NCBI GenBank assembly: GCA_963742735.1
Contig: CAVUMN010000004.1
Span: 1,512,306 to 1,576,305, forward strand
From: an uncultured Actinomycetes bacterium
GTDB lineage: Bacteria; Actinomycetota; UBA4738; JBBDTT01
Direction: 5' to 3'
DNA length: 64,000 bases
This document shows, one piece after another, positions 1 through 10,956 of the stretch. Both the position numbers and the translations under genes were made by a program. The notes below the pieces were generated by a model. That model ran no database searches. It was given only the letters and a program-made list of their open reading frames with translations, and was not told the DNA's origin. Within the stretch, counting starts at the first letter, position 1, and each line of letters starts with the position of its first letter.

Positions 1-783
1 TTCGCTCAGGGCGAGCTCGGCACGGTCGCGCTGTTCGTCGCGTGGTGGTTCGTCGAGGAGCAGGGCCTGCCGTACTGGATGGGCGCGGCGGCGGGGATCG
101 CGATGTCGGTGATCATCGCGCTGACGTTCGAGCGGCTGGTGGTGCGGCGGATGGTGGAGGCCGAGCGACTGTCGATCGCGGTGGCGACCGTCGGGCTGTT
201 CTTCTTCCTGTTCGCCGCCGAGATCCTGGTGTTCAGCGAGAGCATCCTGCTGCTGCCGCCACCCATCGAGGGCCTGGGGCCGCGGGTGCTCGGGTTCTAC
301 GTGAACCCGGGATTCCAGGTGGCGTTCGCGGCCATGGCCCTCATCGGCGGGGGACTGGCGCTGTTCCTGCGCCGAACCGACTTCGGGCTGGGCGTCCTGG
401 CCGCGTCGCAGGACCCGGTCGCGGTGCGGCTGGTCGGCATCCGCTACGGCCGCGTCTCGATGTTCACGTGGGGGATGGCGGGGTTCCTGGGAGCGGTCGC
501 GGCGCTGCTGATCCAGCCGCTGATCGGCGCCTTCGAGCCGGGGTTCATGACTGCGTTCTTCGTGCGCGGGCTGGCCGCGGCGTTGATCGGGGGGATGACC
601 AGCCTGCCCGGGGCGTTCGTCGGCGGGATCGCGGTCGGACTCATCGACGCGGTGGTCGGCCAGCTGTTCCTCGGCACCTCGTTCCCCGGCATCCAGTCGG
701 TGGTCATCTTCCTGGTGATCATCGCCGTGCTGCTCGCCGCGCCGAACGGCGTGCTGGCCCGGGCGAGGGCGCGGTCGTCGTGA
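1..783 (+). CDS. Branched-chain amino acid-type ABC transporter permease (LivH-like), 5' end outside window
   Basis: Frame open from base 1 (FAQGELGTVALF); hydrophobic helices; RTDFGLGVLAASQD and ALIGGMTSLPGAFVGG motifs. Confidence 0.9.
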   Translation, partial: FAQGELGTVALFVAWWFVEEQGLPYWMGAAAGIAMSVIIALTFERLVVRRMVEAERLSIAVATVGLFFFLFAAEILVFSESILLLPPPIEGLGPRVLGFYVNPGFQVAFAAMALIGGGLALFLRRTDFGLGVLAASQDPVAVRLVGIRYGRVSMFTWGMAGFLGAVAALLIQPLIGAFEPGFMTAFFVRGLAAALIGGMTSLPGAFVGGIAVGLIDAVVGQLFLGTSFPGIQSVVIFLVIIAVLLAAPNGVLARARARSS

Positions 784-2666
784 GGACGGTCCTGAGCCGC
801 CGCTGGTCCCGGTACCTGGTCTTGGCCGGCGTCCTCGCCGTCGCGCCGCCGCTGCTCTCCGCGGTCGCGCCGAACCTGTTCACCGAGCCCCGGGCGCTGA
901 CCCTGGGGATCGGGGTCTGCTACGCGGCGGGGGCCATTGCCCTGAACCTGCTGATGGGCTACGCCGGGCAGATCTCCCTGGGCCACGCGGCGCTGCTCGG
1001 CGTGGGGGCGTTCACGAGCGGCGCGTTGACCTACCGATTCGTGGAGGGGCCGATGCTGTTCGGCGTCCTCGGGGCGGCCCTCCTCGGCGGGCTGGTCGCG
1101 TTCCTGGTGGGGCTGCCGGCGCTGCGGCTGCGGGGCCTGTATCTGGCCGCGGTGACCATCGCGTTCGGGCTGATGATGACCGAGTCGGTGTTCCGGTGGA
1201 AGACGATCACCGGCGGCTCCGCGGGGATGCGAATCCCGCGCCCGTGGATCGGCGAGCACTACTTCCTGAAGAACGCGGAGTACCTGTCGATCGTCCTGGT
1301 GCTGTTCCTGGTGATCTGGGCGATCGACGCGAACGTGGTGCGCACCAAGTTCGGCCGGGCGTTCCGAGCGATCCGGGAGAGCGAGGAGGTCGCCCAGTCG
1401 TTCGGGGTGGGCGTCGCCCGGTACAAGCTGACCGCGTTCGTCATGTCGGGCGCGCTCGCCGGGGTGTCCGGCGCGATGTTCGGACACCTGGTCGGCTTCG
1501 TCGAGGCGCGCTCGTTCACGTACACGCTGTCGCTGACCCTGGTGGTGATGGTGGTGGTCGGCGGGCTCGGGAGCCGCGTCGGCGTGGTCGTCGCCGCGCT
1601 CGGGTTCACGATCCTGCCGCGCATCTTCTCGTTCCTGAACGGGTGGGATCAGCTGATCGGGGCCGCCCTGCTGATCGACGTGATGGCGCGGCACCCCGGC
1701 GGGTTCGCCGAGGTGTTCCGGGAGGCGAAGGAGCGGCGGCTGGCGAAGGCCGGCGAGGCCTCGCCCGAGGCCGAGCAGCCGGCCATCCCCCGGTTCGCCA
1801 CGCTCGGGCCGCCCGAGGGGGCGGAGCCCAGCCCCGTCCTGCCCGGCGACCCGCTGCTGCAGGTCCAGGGGGTCAGCGTGCGGTTCGGCGGTCTGCAGGC
1901 CCTCGACGCCGCATCGATCGAGGTCCCGAAGCGGGCCATCGTGGGGCTGATCGGGCCGAACGGCGCCGGCAAGAGCACGCTGTTCAACGCGATCTCCGGG
2001 TTCGTCCGCCCCGAGTCCGGGACGATCCGGCTGCGCGGCCGGGAGATCCAGGACGCGGCCCCCGACGTGCGGGCCCGCATGGGGATCGGCCGGACCTTCC
2101 AGCTGATCGGCCTGGCCAAGTCGCAGTCGGTCCGCGAGAACCTGCTCCTGGCGCAGCACCAGCTGGCCGTCTACGGGGTTCCCGGCGCGCTGGCCTACGC
2201 GCCCTGGACGGCGTACGACGAGCGCGTGCTCGCCGAGCGGGCGGACCGCAGCATCGAGGCTCTGGGGTTCGAGCGGTACGCGCACACGCCGGTCGGCAAG
2301 CTCTCCCACGGCCAGCAGCGCATCGTGGAGATGGCCTGCGCGCTGGTGACCGACCCGGAGATCCTGCTCCTGGACGAGCCGTCCGCGGGCATGGCGCCCG
2401 GGGCGGTCGAGAACCTGGCGGAGCGGCTGTCCGAGGTCCGCGCCGGCCTGGACAAGACGATCCTGCTCATCGAGCACAACATCCCGCTGGTCCTGGACGT
2501 GTGCGACTACATCTACGTTCTGAACTTCGGCGAGATCCTTGCCGAGGGGACCACCGAGGACATCGCGCGGCGTCCCGACGTCATCGCGGCGTACTTCGGC
2601 GAGGCCGGCTCGGCGCCGGAGGCTTCGCCGGTTCCCCGCCGCCGGGCGAAGGCGGGCGCGCGATGA
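780..2666 (+). CDS. Fused ABC permease/ATPase (LivM-LivG-like)
   Basis: GTG overlapping upstream TGA; GYAGQISLGH and LRLRGLY permease motifs, then Walker A GPNGAGKST and Walker B LLLDEP. Confidence 0.9.
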   Translation: MRTVLSRRWSRYLVLAGVLAVAPPLLSAVAPNLFTEPRALTLGIGVCYAAGAIALNLLMGYAGQISLGHAALLGVGAFTSGALTYRFVEGPMLFGVLGAALLGGLVAFLVGLPALRLRGLYLAAVTIAFGLMMTESVFRWKTITGGSAGMRIPRPWIGEHYFLKNAEYLSIVLVLFLVIWAIDANVVRTKFGRAFRAIRESEEVAQSFGVGVARYKLTAFVMSGALAGVSGAMFGHLVGFVEARSFTYTLSLTLVVMVVVGGLGSRVGVVVAALGFTILPRIFSFLNGWDQLIGAALLIDVMARHPGGFAEVFREAKERRLAKAGEASPEAEQPAIPRFATLGPPEGAEPSPVLPGDPLLQVQGVSVRFGGLQALDAASIEVPKRAIVGLIGPNGAGKSTLFNAISGFVRPESGTIRLRGREIQDAAPDVRARMGIGRTFQLIGLAKSQSVRENLLLAQHQLAVYGVPGALAYAPWTAYDERVLAERADRSIEALGFERYAHTPVGKLSHGQQRIVEMACALVTDPEILLLDEPSAGMAPGAVENLAERLSEVRAGLDKTILLIEHNIPLVLDVCDYIYVLNFGEILAEGTTEDIARRPDVIAAYFGEAGSAPEASPVPRRRAKAGAR

Positions 2667-3508
2667 GCGGCGGAAACGGGAAGGAGCCCACCCTGCTCCT
2701 CGACGTCGATGGGATCGTGGCCGGGTTCGGCTCGAACACCGTCCTGCACGGCTGCTCGTACTCCGTCCGCGAGGGGGAGATCGCCGCGGTCCTCGGGCTG
2801 AACGGAGCCGGCAAGAGCGTCTCGGCGAAGGTCGTGGCCGGGATCGTTCCCGCCCGCGGCGGCGCGATCCGGTTCCGGGGCGCCGACGTGACCCGCATCC
2901 CGGCCGAGCTCCGCGTGGCCGCCGGGATGGGCCACGTGCCGCAGGGCCGCCAGGTGTTCCCCGGCATGACCGTCGAGCAGAACCTGCGCCTGGGCGCGTA
3001 CGTGCAGCGCCGCCGGGACCGGGCCCGGTATCCGGCGGTCCTGGACTCGGTCCTCGAGCGGTTCCCGGTCCTGGCCTCGCGGCGCGCTCAGGCCGCGGGC
3101 ACCATGTCCGGCGGCGAGCAGGCGATGCTCGCGGTGGCCCGCGCCCTGATGTCCGAGCCGGTGCTGCTGATCGTGGACGAGGCGTCGGCGGGGCTCGCGC
3201 CGAAGGCCGTCGAGTCGCTGTTCGAGACGCTGGTCGAGGTCCACCGATCCGGCGTGTCGATCCTGATGATCGAGCAGAACGTGACGTTCACCCTGCAGGT
3301 CGCGGACCGAGTCCACGTCATGCAGACGGGACGGGTGGTGTACGAGGGCGCGGTCGGCGACCTGGACCAGAACCGCGTAGCGGAGGAGCTGGGCGTCGGC
3401 CGGCTGCTGGGCGGCTCGATCGCCAGGGCCGCGGCCGGGCGGAAGACCTCGGCGAACGGGAAGGCCCGTTCGCGTCCGAAGGCCGCCGCGAAGCGAACGG
3501 GGAGCTGA
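2663..3508 (+). CDS. ABC transporter ATP-binding protein (LivF-like)
   Basis: ATGA overlap; GLNGAGKS, MSGGEQAML, LIVDEAS. Confidence 0.9.
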   Translation: MSGGNGKEPTLLLDVDGIVAGFGSNTVLHGCSYSVREGEIAAVLGLNGAGKSVSAKVVAGIVPARGGAIRFRGADVTRIPAELRVAAGMGHVPQGRQVFPGMTVEQNLRLGAYVQRRRDRARYPAVLDSVLERFPVLASRRAQAAGTMSGGEQAMLAVARALMSEPVLLIVDEASAGLAPKAVESLFETLVEVHRSGVSILMIEQNVTFTLQVADRVHVMQTGRVVYEGAVGDLDQNRVAEELGVGRLLGGSIARAAAGRKTSANGKARSRPKAAAKRTGS

Positions 3509-3513
3509 GCCGG

Positions 3514-4326
3514 ATGCCCTTCGCGGAGAACGACGGTGTGAAGATCTGGTGGGACGCTCTCGGCGAGGGCGAGCCGGTCTTGCTGATCCAGGGCCTGGGC
3601 TACACGAGCGAGATGTGGCACCGCGTCGCGCCCGCACTCGCCCGCGAGTTTCGCGTGATCGTGTTCGACAACCGTGGCGTGGGCCGGAGCGATGTCCCAC
3701 ACGGGCCGTACTCCGTGCCGATGATGGCCGGCGACGCCGCCGCGGTGCTCGATGCTGCAGGGGTGGAGCACGCGCACGTCTACGGCACCTCGATGGGCGG
3801 GTCGATCGCCCAGCAGCTCGCGATCCAGTCGCCCGAGCGGGTCCGTTCGCTGGTCCTGGCCGGGACCTACTGCGGCGGGCCGAGCTTCGTCCCGGTCGAC
3901 CTGGAGACCTACGAGATGCTGGCGAAGCGCGCGGGGATGGCGCCCGAGGAGGGGATCCGCCTGATGATCCCGTTCATCTACGACCCCGGCACGCCGGCCG
4001 AGCGGATCGAGGAGGACCTGGCGATCCGGCTCCGCACCTACCCGGCGCCCGAGGGCTATCTGGCCCAGCTGGGAGCGAGCCTCTCCGACTGGGACGGCTC
4101 GGAGGCCATCCGCGAGCTCCGGATCCCGGTCCTGGTGATGCACGGGGAGTCCGACCGGCTGGTCAACCCCGCGAACTCCCCGGTGATCGCGTCGCGGATC
4201 CCCGGCGCGCGGCTGGTGATGCTTCCCAACGCGAGCCACATCTACGCCACCGACCAGCCCGAGGCGGCGAACGACGCGGCCCTGTCCTTCCTGCGCGAGG
4301 TCTCACGCCGGGAGGTGGGCGTGTGA
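3514..4326 (+). CDS. Alpha/beta hydrolase
   Basis: FDNRGVGRS, nucleophile elbow GTSMGG, HGESD, C-terminal His. Confidence 0.9.
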   Translation: MPFAENDGVKIWWDALGEGEPVLLIQGLGYTSEMWHRVAPALAREFRVIVFDNRGVGRSDVPHGPYSVPMMAGDAAAVLDAAGVEHAHVYGTSMGGSIAQQLAIQSPERVRSLVLAGTYCGGPSFVPVDLETYEMLAKRAGMAPEEGIRLMIPFIYDPGTPAERIEEDLAIRLRTYPAPEGYLAQLGASLSDWDGSEAIRELRIPVLVMHGESDRLVNPANSPVIASRIPGARLVMLPNASHIYATDQPEAANDAALSFLREVSRREVGV

Positions 4327-4925
4327 GCGATCCGCAAGCGGTGGCCCAGAACCACACGTCGCGGCGGCTGGAGGAGGCGGCCCTCGAGCTGTTCTTCGAG
4401 CGCGGCTACCGGAGCACCACGGTCCGCGAGCTCGCGCTGGCCTGCGGCCTGACCCCGGGCGCCCTGTACAACCACTTCCCCTCGAAGGACCTGTTGCTGC
4501 TCTCGATCCTGCGCGACGTCCACGAGCAGCTCGAGTCGATGATGACCGAAGCCCTCGGCGCGGCGGGCGACGATCCGGCCGAGCGGCTGCGGGCCCTGGT
4601 CCGTGCCCACGCGATCTTCCACACCCGGTTCCGCAAGGAGGCCCGGGTGGCGAACGACGAGGTCCTGGCGCTCGAGGAACCCGGCCGCACCGAGATCGTC
4701 GAGGTCCGCCGCCGCGGCCGGGGCCGGTTCGAGGACGCGATCACCGACGGGATCCGGGCGGGCGCGTTCGAGGTCTCCGACGTCAAGGTGGCGTCGATGG
4801 CCATCCTGAACATGGGCATCCGGATCGCGGCGTGGTTCCGCCCCGACGGCCCGCTGTCGTCCGAGCAGGTGGCCGATCTGCACGCCGACATGGCGCTGCG
4901 GATGGTCGGCGCACCCCGGGCATGA
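4323..4925 (+). CDS. TetR-family transcriptional regulator
   Basis: HTH FFERGYRSTTVRELA...GALYNHFPSK; GTGA overlap. Confidence 0.9.
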   Translation: MSDPQAVAQNHTSRRLEEAALELFFERGYRSTTVRELALACGLTPGALYNHFPSKDLLLLSILRDVHEQLESMMTEALGAAGDDPAERLRALVRAHAIFHTRFRKEARVANDEVLALEEPGRTEIVEVRRRGRGRFEDAITDGIRAGAFEVSDVKVASMAILNMGIRIAAWFRPDGPLSSEQVADLHADMALRMVGAPRA

Positions 4926-6442
4926 CCTTCGCGTTCGAGAGCCTCGGCCTGTGGCCGGCTCGCCGGGCCGAGCTCACCCCGGACCGCGTGGCCATCGACC
5001 AGGGCGGCCACCTCCTGACGTACGCGGAGCTCGAGGACAGAGCGGCGCGGTGCGCGGACGCCCTCGGCGCCTCGGGCATCGGGACGGGGGATCGCGTCGC
5101 GGCGCTCCTCGACAACGGGCACGAGTACGCGGAGGTGCTGTTCGCGTGCGCTCGGCTGGGGGCGATCCTGGTGCCGCTCTCCACCCGGCTGGCCGCGCCG
5201 GAGCTGGAGTTCATGTCGAGCGACAGCGGCGCCACCGCGCTGGTCTACAGCGGGGCGTACGCGGACACCGTCGCCGCGTTCCGACCGACCACTGACGTGA
5301 AGGCCTCGCTGGTGGTCGGGGACGGCGACGACCCGTCCTACGAGGAGGCCCTGGCCGCGGCGTCGCCGTCGCGCCCGCCGCACCCGTGCGGGTGGGACGA
5401 CGTGCTGGCGATCTTCTACACGTCGGGGACGACCGGGCGGCCGAAGGGGGCGATGCTCACCCACGGCAACCACTTCTGGACGAACCTGAACATGGTCCTG
5501 GCCCTGGACCTGACCCAGGACGAACGGTCCCTGGTGGTCCTGCCCATGTTCCACGTCGGCGGCTGGAACGTGAACACCCTCGCGGTGTGGTGGAAGGGGG
5601 GCACCGTCGTCCTGGAGTCCGGGTTCGACGCCGGCCGGGCCCTGGAGCGGATCGCCGGCGGCGTGACGAGCGTCATGGGCGTCCCCACGATGTACCAGCT
5701 GATGTCCGAGCACTCGGGGTTCGCCGACGCCGACCTGTCGTCGCTGCGGGTCGCGGTGTGCGGCGGCGCGCCCCTGCCCGTCCCGCTGATCCGGACGTAC
5801 CAGGACCGCGGGGTGCGCTTCGTCCAGGGCTACGGCCTGACCGAGGCCGCCCCGAACTGTCTGATCCTTCCTCCCGAGGACGCGGAGCGGAAGGCCGGGG
5901 CGGCCGGGCGTCCGTACTTCTTCGCCGACGTCCGGGTGCTCGACGCCGGGGACGCCCCTGTCGACCCCGGCGGGACCGGCGAGGTCGTGGTCCGCGGGCC
6001 CTCGGTGATGCAGGGGTACTGGGGTCGGCCGGACGAGACTGCCGAGGCGCTGCGCGGCGGCTGGCTGCGCACCGGCGACGCCGGGCGGCTGGACGAGGAC
6101 GGCTACATCTGGATCGTCGACCGCCTGAAGGACATGTACATCTCGGGCGGCGAGAACGTCTACCCGGCGGAGGTCGAGCACGTCCTGGGGACCCACCCCG
6201 CGGTGGCCGAGGCCGCGGTGCTCGGCGTCCCCGACGAGCGGTGGGGCGAGTCGGGCCTGGCCGTGATCGTCCTGCGGCCCGAGGCGTCGGCGACCGAGGA
6301 CGAGCTCCGGGCGTTCTGTCGCGAGCGGCTGGCGAAGTTCAAGGTCCCGGCGCGGGTCGCGTTCGCCGAGGCCCTTCCCCGCAACCCGACCGGCAAGCTC
6401 CTGAAGCCGGAGATCCGCGAGCGGTGGGGAGGGGCGGCGTGA
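4922..6442 (+). CDS. Acyl-CoA synthetase (AMP-binding enzyme)
   Basis: YTSGTTGRPKG, QGYGLTE, WLRTGD, ISGGENVYPAEVE, PRNPTGK. Confidence 0.93.
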   Translation: MTFAFESLGLWPARRAELTPDRVAIDQGGHLLTYAELEDRAARCADALGASGIGTGDRVAALLDNGHEYAEVLFACARLGAILVPLSTRLAAPELEFMSSDSGATALVYSGAYADTVAAFRPTTDVKASLVVGDGDDPSYEEALAAASPSRPPHPCGWDDVLAIFYTSGTTGRPKGAMLTHGNHFWTNLNMVLALDLTQDERSLVVLPMFHVGGWNVNTLAVWWKGGTVVLESGFDAGRALERIAGGVTSVMGVPTMYQLMSEHSGFADADLSSLRVAVCGGAPLPVPLIRTYQDRGVRFVQGYGLTEAAPNCLILPPEDAERKAGAAGRPYFFADVRVLDAGDAPVDPGGTGEVVVRGPSVMQGYWGRPDETAEALRGGWLRTGDAGRLDEDGYIWIVDRLKDMYISGGENVYPAEVEHVLGTHPAVAEAAVLGVPDERWGESGLAVIVLRPEASATEDELRAFCRERLAKFKVPARVAFAEALPRNPTGKLLKPEIRERWGGAA

Positions 6443-7461
6443 ACCCGTCATACCTGAGCCCGCCGGTTGGACTGGTGGACGTGTCGATCCACGAGCCGGA
6501 GCGGTTCATGACCGCCGACGAGCTCGGGGAGCTCTCGGGCATCCCCGGCGGCGTGATCCGGGAGAAGTTCGGGCTGGAGGGCAAGCGGATCGCGGGACCC
6601 GGCGAGCACGTGAGCGACATGTGCGTCGCCGCCGCCCGTCCGCTGCTCGAGCGCCACGACCCGGAGGAGATCGACGCGGTCGTCTACTTCGGCTCGCACT
6701 GGAAGGACTACTCGGTGTGGCAGGCGGCCCCGAAGGTCCAGCACGCCCTGGGGATCGAGGGGTTCTCGCTCGAGGCGATCAACGTCTCCGCCGGAGCGCC
6801 GGTGGCGATGAAGATCGTCCGCGACCTGCTGTCCGCCGACGAGCACCTCCGCTCGGTGCTCCTGGTCGGCGCGTCGAAGGAGTCCTCGCTCATCGACTAC
6901 ACGAACCCGCGGGCCCGGTTCATGTACACGTTCGGCGACGGAGCGGTCGCGGCCCTCCTGCGCCGGGGCCACCCCAAGAACGTCCTGCTCGGCTCGAGCC
7001 TGTTCACCGACGGCGCGTTCTCCGACTTCGTCCGGGTCCCCGGCGGGGGGACCGTGCACCCCGCCAGCCACGCCACGGTCGACGCCGGGCTGCACACGCT
7101 CGACGTCTCGGACCCGCAGGCGATGAAGGAGGGGCTCGACCCGGTCACGATCAAGCACTTCCTGACGGTCGCGCGGGAGGCCATGGAGCGCAGCGGCTTC
7201 GGCCCGGACGACATCGACCTGCTCCTGCCGATCCACATGAAGCCCTCGATCCACCAGGCGATCCTGGACGAGCTCGGCGTGGCACCCGAGCGCAGCGTCT
7301 ATCTGGACCGCAACGGCCACATGAGCGCGGTGGACCCCCTCTTCTCGCTGGCTCTGGCCCGCGACGCGGGCATGCTCTCCGACGGGGACCGGGTCATGCT
7401 CCTGGCCGCCGGCACCGGCTACACGTGGGCCGCCTCGGTCCTTCGATGGGGCCCAGCCTGA
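6439..7461 (+). CDS. 3-oxoacyl-ACP synthase III-like (FabH fold) protein with Ser at the expected nucleophile position
   Basis: FGDGAVA, IHMK, NGHMS, AAGTGYTWAA; nucleophile segment reads INVSAGAP. Confidence 0.8.
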   Translation: MNPSYLSPPVGLVDVSIHEPERFMTADELGELSGIPGGVIREKFGLEGKRIAGPGEHVSDMCVAAARPLLERHDPEEIDAVVYFGSHWKDYSVWQAAPKVQHALGIEGFSLEAINVSAGAPVAMKIVRDLLSADEHLRSVLLVGASKESSLIDYTNPRARFMYTFGDGAVAALLRRGHPKNVLLGSSLFTDGAFSDFVRVPGGGTVHPASHATVDAGLHTLDVSDPQAMKEGLDPVTIKHFLTVAREAMERSGFGPDDIDLLLPIHMKPSIHQAILDELGVAPERSVYLDRNGHMSAVDPLFSLALARDAGMLSDGDRVMLLAAGTGYTWAASVLRWGPA

Positions 7462-7480
7462 GCTTCTAGACTCACGTCCG

Positions 7481-7885
7481 ATGGGCGGCGTCGTGGGGCT
7501 GCAGGAAGTCGTGCTGTGGACTCGTGACCCCTCGGCCAGCATCGCCTTCTACCGCGACACGTTCGGCCTGGAGCCCATCACCCCTCCCGAGGCGCCGCGG
7601 ACGTTCCTCCGCGCCGGCGAGGATATCGCCGGAGTTCCCCAGGTCATCGTCCTGATCCCGCACCCGGACCCCGACGGCGCGTTCCCGGCTGGGAAGGCCG
7701 AGCGCCCGCTGCATCACTTCGCGCTGGTCGTCGACCCGGCGAAGTTCGACGAGCTCCGCGCCGAGCTCGAGGCCGCCGGCCACGCCACCCGCGACGGCGT
7801 CCATCCGGTCCTGAAGGACGTGCGCACCTTCTACCTGGACGACCCCGACGGGAACGAGGTCGAGGTCATCGCCGCGAATGGCTGA
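7481..7885 (+). CDS. VOC/glyoxalase family protein
   Basis: FYRDTFG, LHHFAL, FYLDDPDGNEVE. Confidence 0.85.
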   Translation: MGGVVGLQEVVLWTRDPSASIAFYRDTFGLEPITPPEAPRTFLRAGEDIAGVPQVIVLIPHPDPDGAFPAGKAERPLHHFALVVDPAKFDELRAELEAAGHATRDGVHPVLKDVRTFYLDDPDGNEVEVIAANG

Positions 7886-9283
7886 GGCCCGAGGGTCGGC
7901 GCCGGGACCCCGAGGCCCCGGAGGGGCCCGGGCTCGCCGCGCCGACGTGTGTGTGGTGGGGGCCGGCCTGGCCGGGCTCACCGCGGCCACCCGGCTGGCG
8001 AACGCCGGGATGAAGGCCGTGGTCCTCGAGGCCCGGGACCGAGTTGGCGGCCGGACCTACTCCACCGAGGTGGACGGCTTCCGTTTCGACCTCGGGGGGC
8101 AGTGGATCGGGCCGACCCAGGACCGCATGGCGAAGCTCGTGGCCGATCTCGGGATCGAGACGTTCCCGACCCATGCGCACGGACGCAAGGTCCTGTTCGT
8201 CGGGGACAGGCGTTCCACCTACAAGGGCGAGATCCCGACGATGGCGCCGCACCGCTTGGTCCTGTTGCAGACCGCGATCTCTCGGATCGAGCGCCTGTGC
8301 CGCAAGGTCGGCGCAAACCCCGAGCCGTGGACGCTCCCCGACGCCGCCGAGTGGGACGGCCAGACGCTGGAGTCGTGGGCGCGGCGAAACATCCCCTCGG
8401 CGCCGGTGCGCGGGGTGATGGACGCCGCCGTCCGGACGGTGTTCGGGGCCGAGGCCGGTGAGCTGTCGATGCTGTTCGCGCTCCGGTACCTGGCCGCGGG
8501 CGGAGGGCTCATGCGCGTGGTGGACATCGTGGACGGCGCGCAGGAGACGGCGGTTCGTGAACGGCGCGCAGTCGGTGGCCCTCGGGCTCGCGGCCGGGCT
8601 GGGTAGCCGCGTGGTCCTGGCCGCGCCGGTCCGGACGATCGAGCACGGCGACGGGAAGGTACGGGTACGTACCGACGCCGGCGAGTGGACCGCGTCGAGG
8701 GCGATCGTCGCGGTGCCCCCGGCCCTGGCCGGGCGCATCGCCTACGACCCGCCGCTGCCGGCCATGCGCGACGAGCTCACCCAGCGGTATCCGATGGGGG
8801 CGACGATCAAGCTGCACGCGCTGTACGACCGCGCGTTCTGGCGGGACGAGGGCTACTCGGGCGAGGCCGTCTACGGCGACGGGCCCATCGCCTTCGCCGT
8901 TCGACAACACGTCGGCCGACGGCGAGCACCCCGCGCTCCTCGCGTTCTCGGTCGGGGCCGCGGCGCGCCGGCTCGGGGCGCATGACGCCGGAGGACAGGC
9001 GGCGGACGGTGCTCGACCGCCTGGTCCGGGCGTTCGGGCCCCAGGCCGCGGAGCCGGTGGCGTTCGTGGAGAAGGACTGGTCCGCAGACCAGTGGACCCG
9101 CGGGCTGCCCCACGGGGATCCTGCCGCCGGGAGTCCTGTCGGTGTTCGGCCCCGCCCTGCGCACGCCGGTGGGGCCGATCCACTGGGCGGGCACGGAGAC
9201 CGCCGACTGAGTGGACCGGCTACATGGACGGGGCCGTCCAGTCCGGCGAGCGAGCCGCGGCCGAGGTGCTCGCCGAGCGGTAG
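7878..9283 (+). CDS. Flavin monoamine oxidase family protein, split by several apparent frameshifts (~8550-9210)
   Basis: VVGAGLAGL, LEARDRVGGRT, DLGGQWIG at N-terminus; IHWAGTET and WTGYMDGAVQSGERAAAE in other frames. Confidence 0.8.
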
Positions 9284-9307
9284 TAGAGGGGGTAGCCTTT
9301 CCACCCC

Positions 9308-10956
9308 ATGGATCCCTTCCTGCAGGACCCGCCCGTCCCGTCGAACCGGTTCCGGACCGACCGCGCGCTGCGCCAGGGCGCTGGAGCGGCTGCTGGGGCC
9401 CGACGCCTTCGCCGAGGCCTCGCCCGAGCTCGACGAGATGGGCGAGCGCGCGTCCGGCGAGCTCCGCGAGCTGGGCCTGCAGGCCGAGAACAACCCGCCC
9501 CAGCACCTGGCGTTCGACGCCTGGGGGGCCCGCGTCGACTGGCTCGAGGTCGACCCGGCGTGGACCCGGCTGGTGGCGATCGCCCAGGAGACCGGCCTGG
9601 TGGCGATCCCCTACGAGGACGCGCTACGGCCTGGTCTCCCGCGTCGTGCAGGGCGGGCTCACCAACCTGTTCGACCCGGTCACCGCCACGGCGCTGTGCC
9701 CGATCGGCATGACCGACGCCGCGGCGAGCGTCCTGCAGGCGCACGACGAGGCGCTCGCCGCCCGCTACGTGCCGAAGCTCACCGCCCGCGTCGACGGCGT
9801 GGACGTCGGGCCAGTGGATGACCGAGAAGGAGGGCGGCTCCGACGTGGGTCGGACGCGGGACCGCGGCCCGCGACCTTGGGCGACGGGACGTTCGCGCTG
9901 CGGGGGACGAAGTGGTTCACCTCCGCCACCACCGCCGACATCGCGCTGGCGCTGGCCCGGCCCGAGGGCGAGCAGCCCGGGAGCCGCGGGCTGTCGCTGT
10001 TCCTGGTCGAGCTGCGAACCCCCGAGGGCCAATGGAACGGGATCCGCGTCCGCCGGCTGAAGGACAAGTTCGGGACGAAGGCGCTCCCCACGGCCGAGCT
10101 CGACCTGGACGACGCGATCGCCACGCCGGTCGGCGGCCTGGGCCGGGGCGTCGCGAAGATTTCGGGGATGCTGAACATCACCCGCCTGGGCGCGGCCGGT
10201 TCGTGCGTCGCGCACGTCGGCGAGGCGCTCGGCCTGGCCCGCGACTACGCGCGGCGGCGTGAGGCGTTCGGACGCCTGTTGACCGAGCTCCCCATCCACC
10301 GCGCGTGGATCGCGCGGATCGCCGCCGAGTACGAGGCGATGCTGGCGCTGTCGTTCCGCGCCGCCGTCCTGGTCGGCGAGCGCGAGCACGGGGTCGGCGA
10401 CGCCGCGCTGACCCGGCTGGTGACCCCGCTGACGAAGCTGGCGTGCGGCCGCCAGGGCGTGTGGGCCGTGAGCGAGCTCATCGAGTCGTTCGGTGGCGCG
10501 GGCTACGTGGAGGACACCGGGCTGCCCCGCCTGCTGCGCGACGTCCACGTCCACTGCATCTGGGAGGGCACGACCTCGGTCATGGCCGCCGACGTCCTGC
10601 GGGCCCTGGGACGCGGGGGCGCCGAGTCGTTCCTGGAAGACGTCGAGGCCAAGGCCCGCGCCTACGACCACCCGCTGATCGCGGACGCCTCCCGCGCGGT
10701 GCTCGCCGCGCGCGACGGGCTCCGCGAGCTCCTCGCCGAGCCGACCGAGGCCGAGGCCCGCCGGCTCGCGTGGGGCATGGCCCGGACCTACCAGGGCGCG
10801 CTGCTGTGCGAGGCGGCGGGGTGGGCCCTGGACAAGCACGGCGACCGGCGGACGGCCACAGCCGCCGCGCTGTTCACCTCCGAGCCGATGCTCGACGACC
10901 GCCCGCCCGTCGACGACGAGGCCGACCTGGCCGCCCTGGCGTTCGACGCGGGATGA
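9308..10956 (+). CDS. Acyl-CoA dehydrogenase (AidB-like), apparent frameshifts in N-terminal part
   Basis: MTEKEGGSDVG, GTKWFTSA, RRLKDKFGTKALPTAE, FGGAGYVED, IWEGTT. Confidence 0.8.

Noticed and set aside
9205-9212. TGA in the amine oxidase as a second selenocysteine
   Set aside because: It lies at a frameshift; the correct frame reads TEWTGYMDGA, with no Cys-equivalent position.
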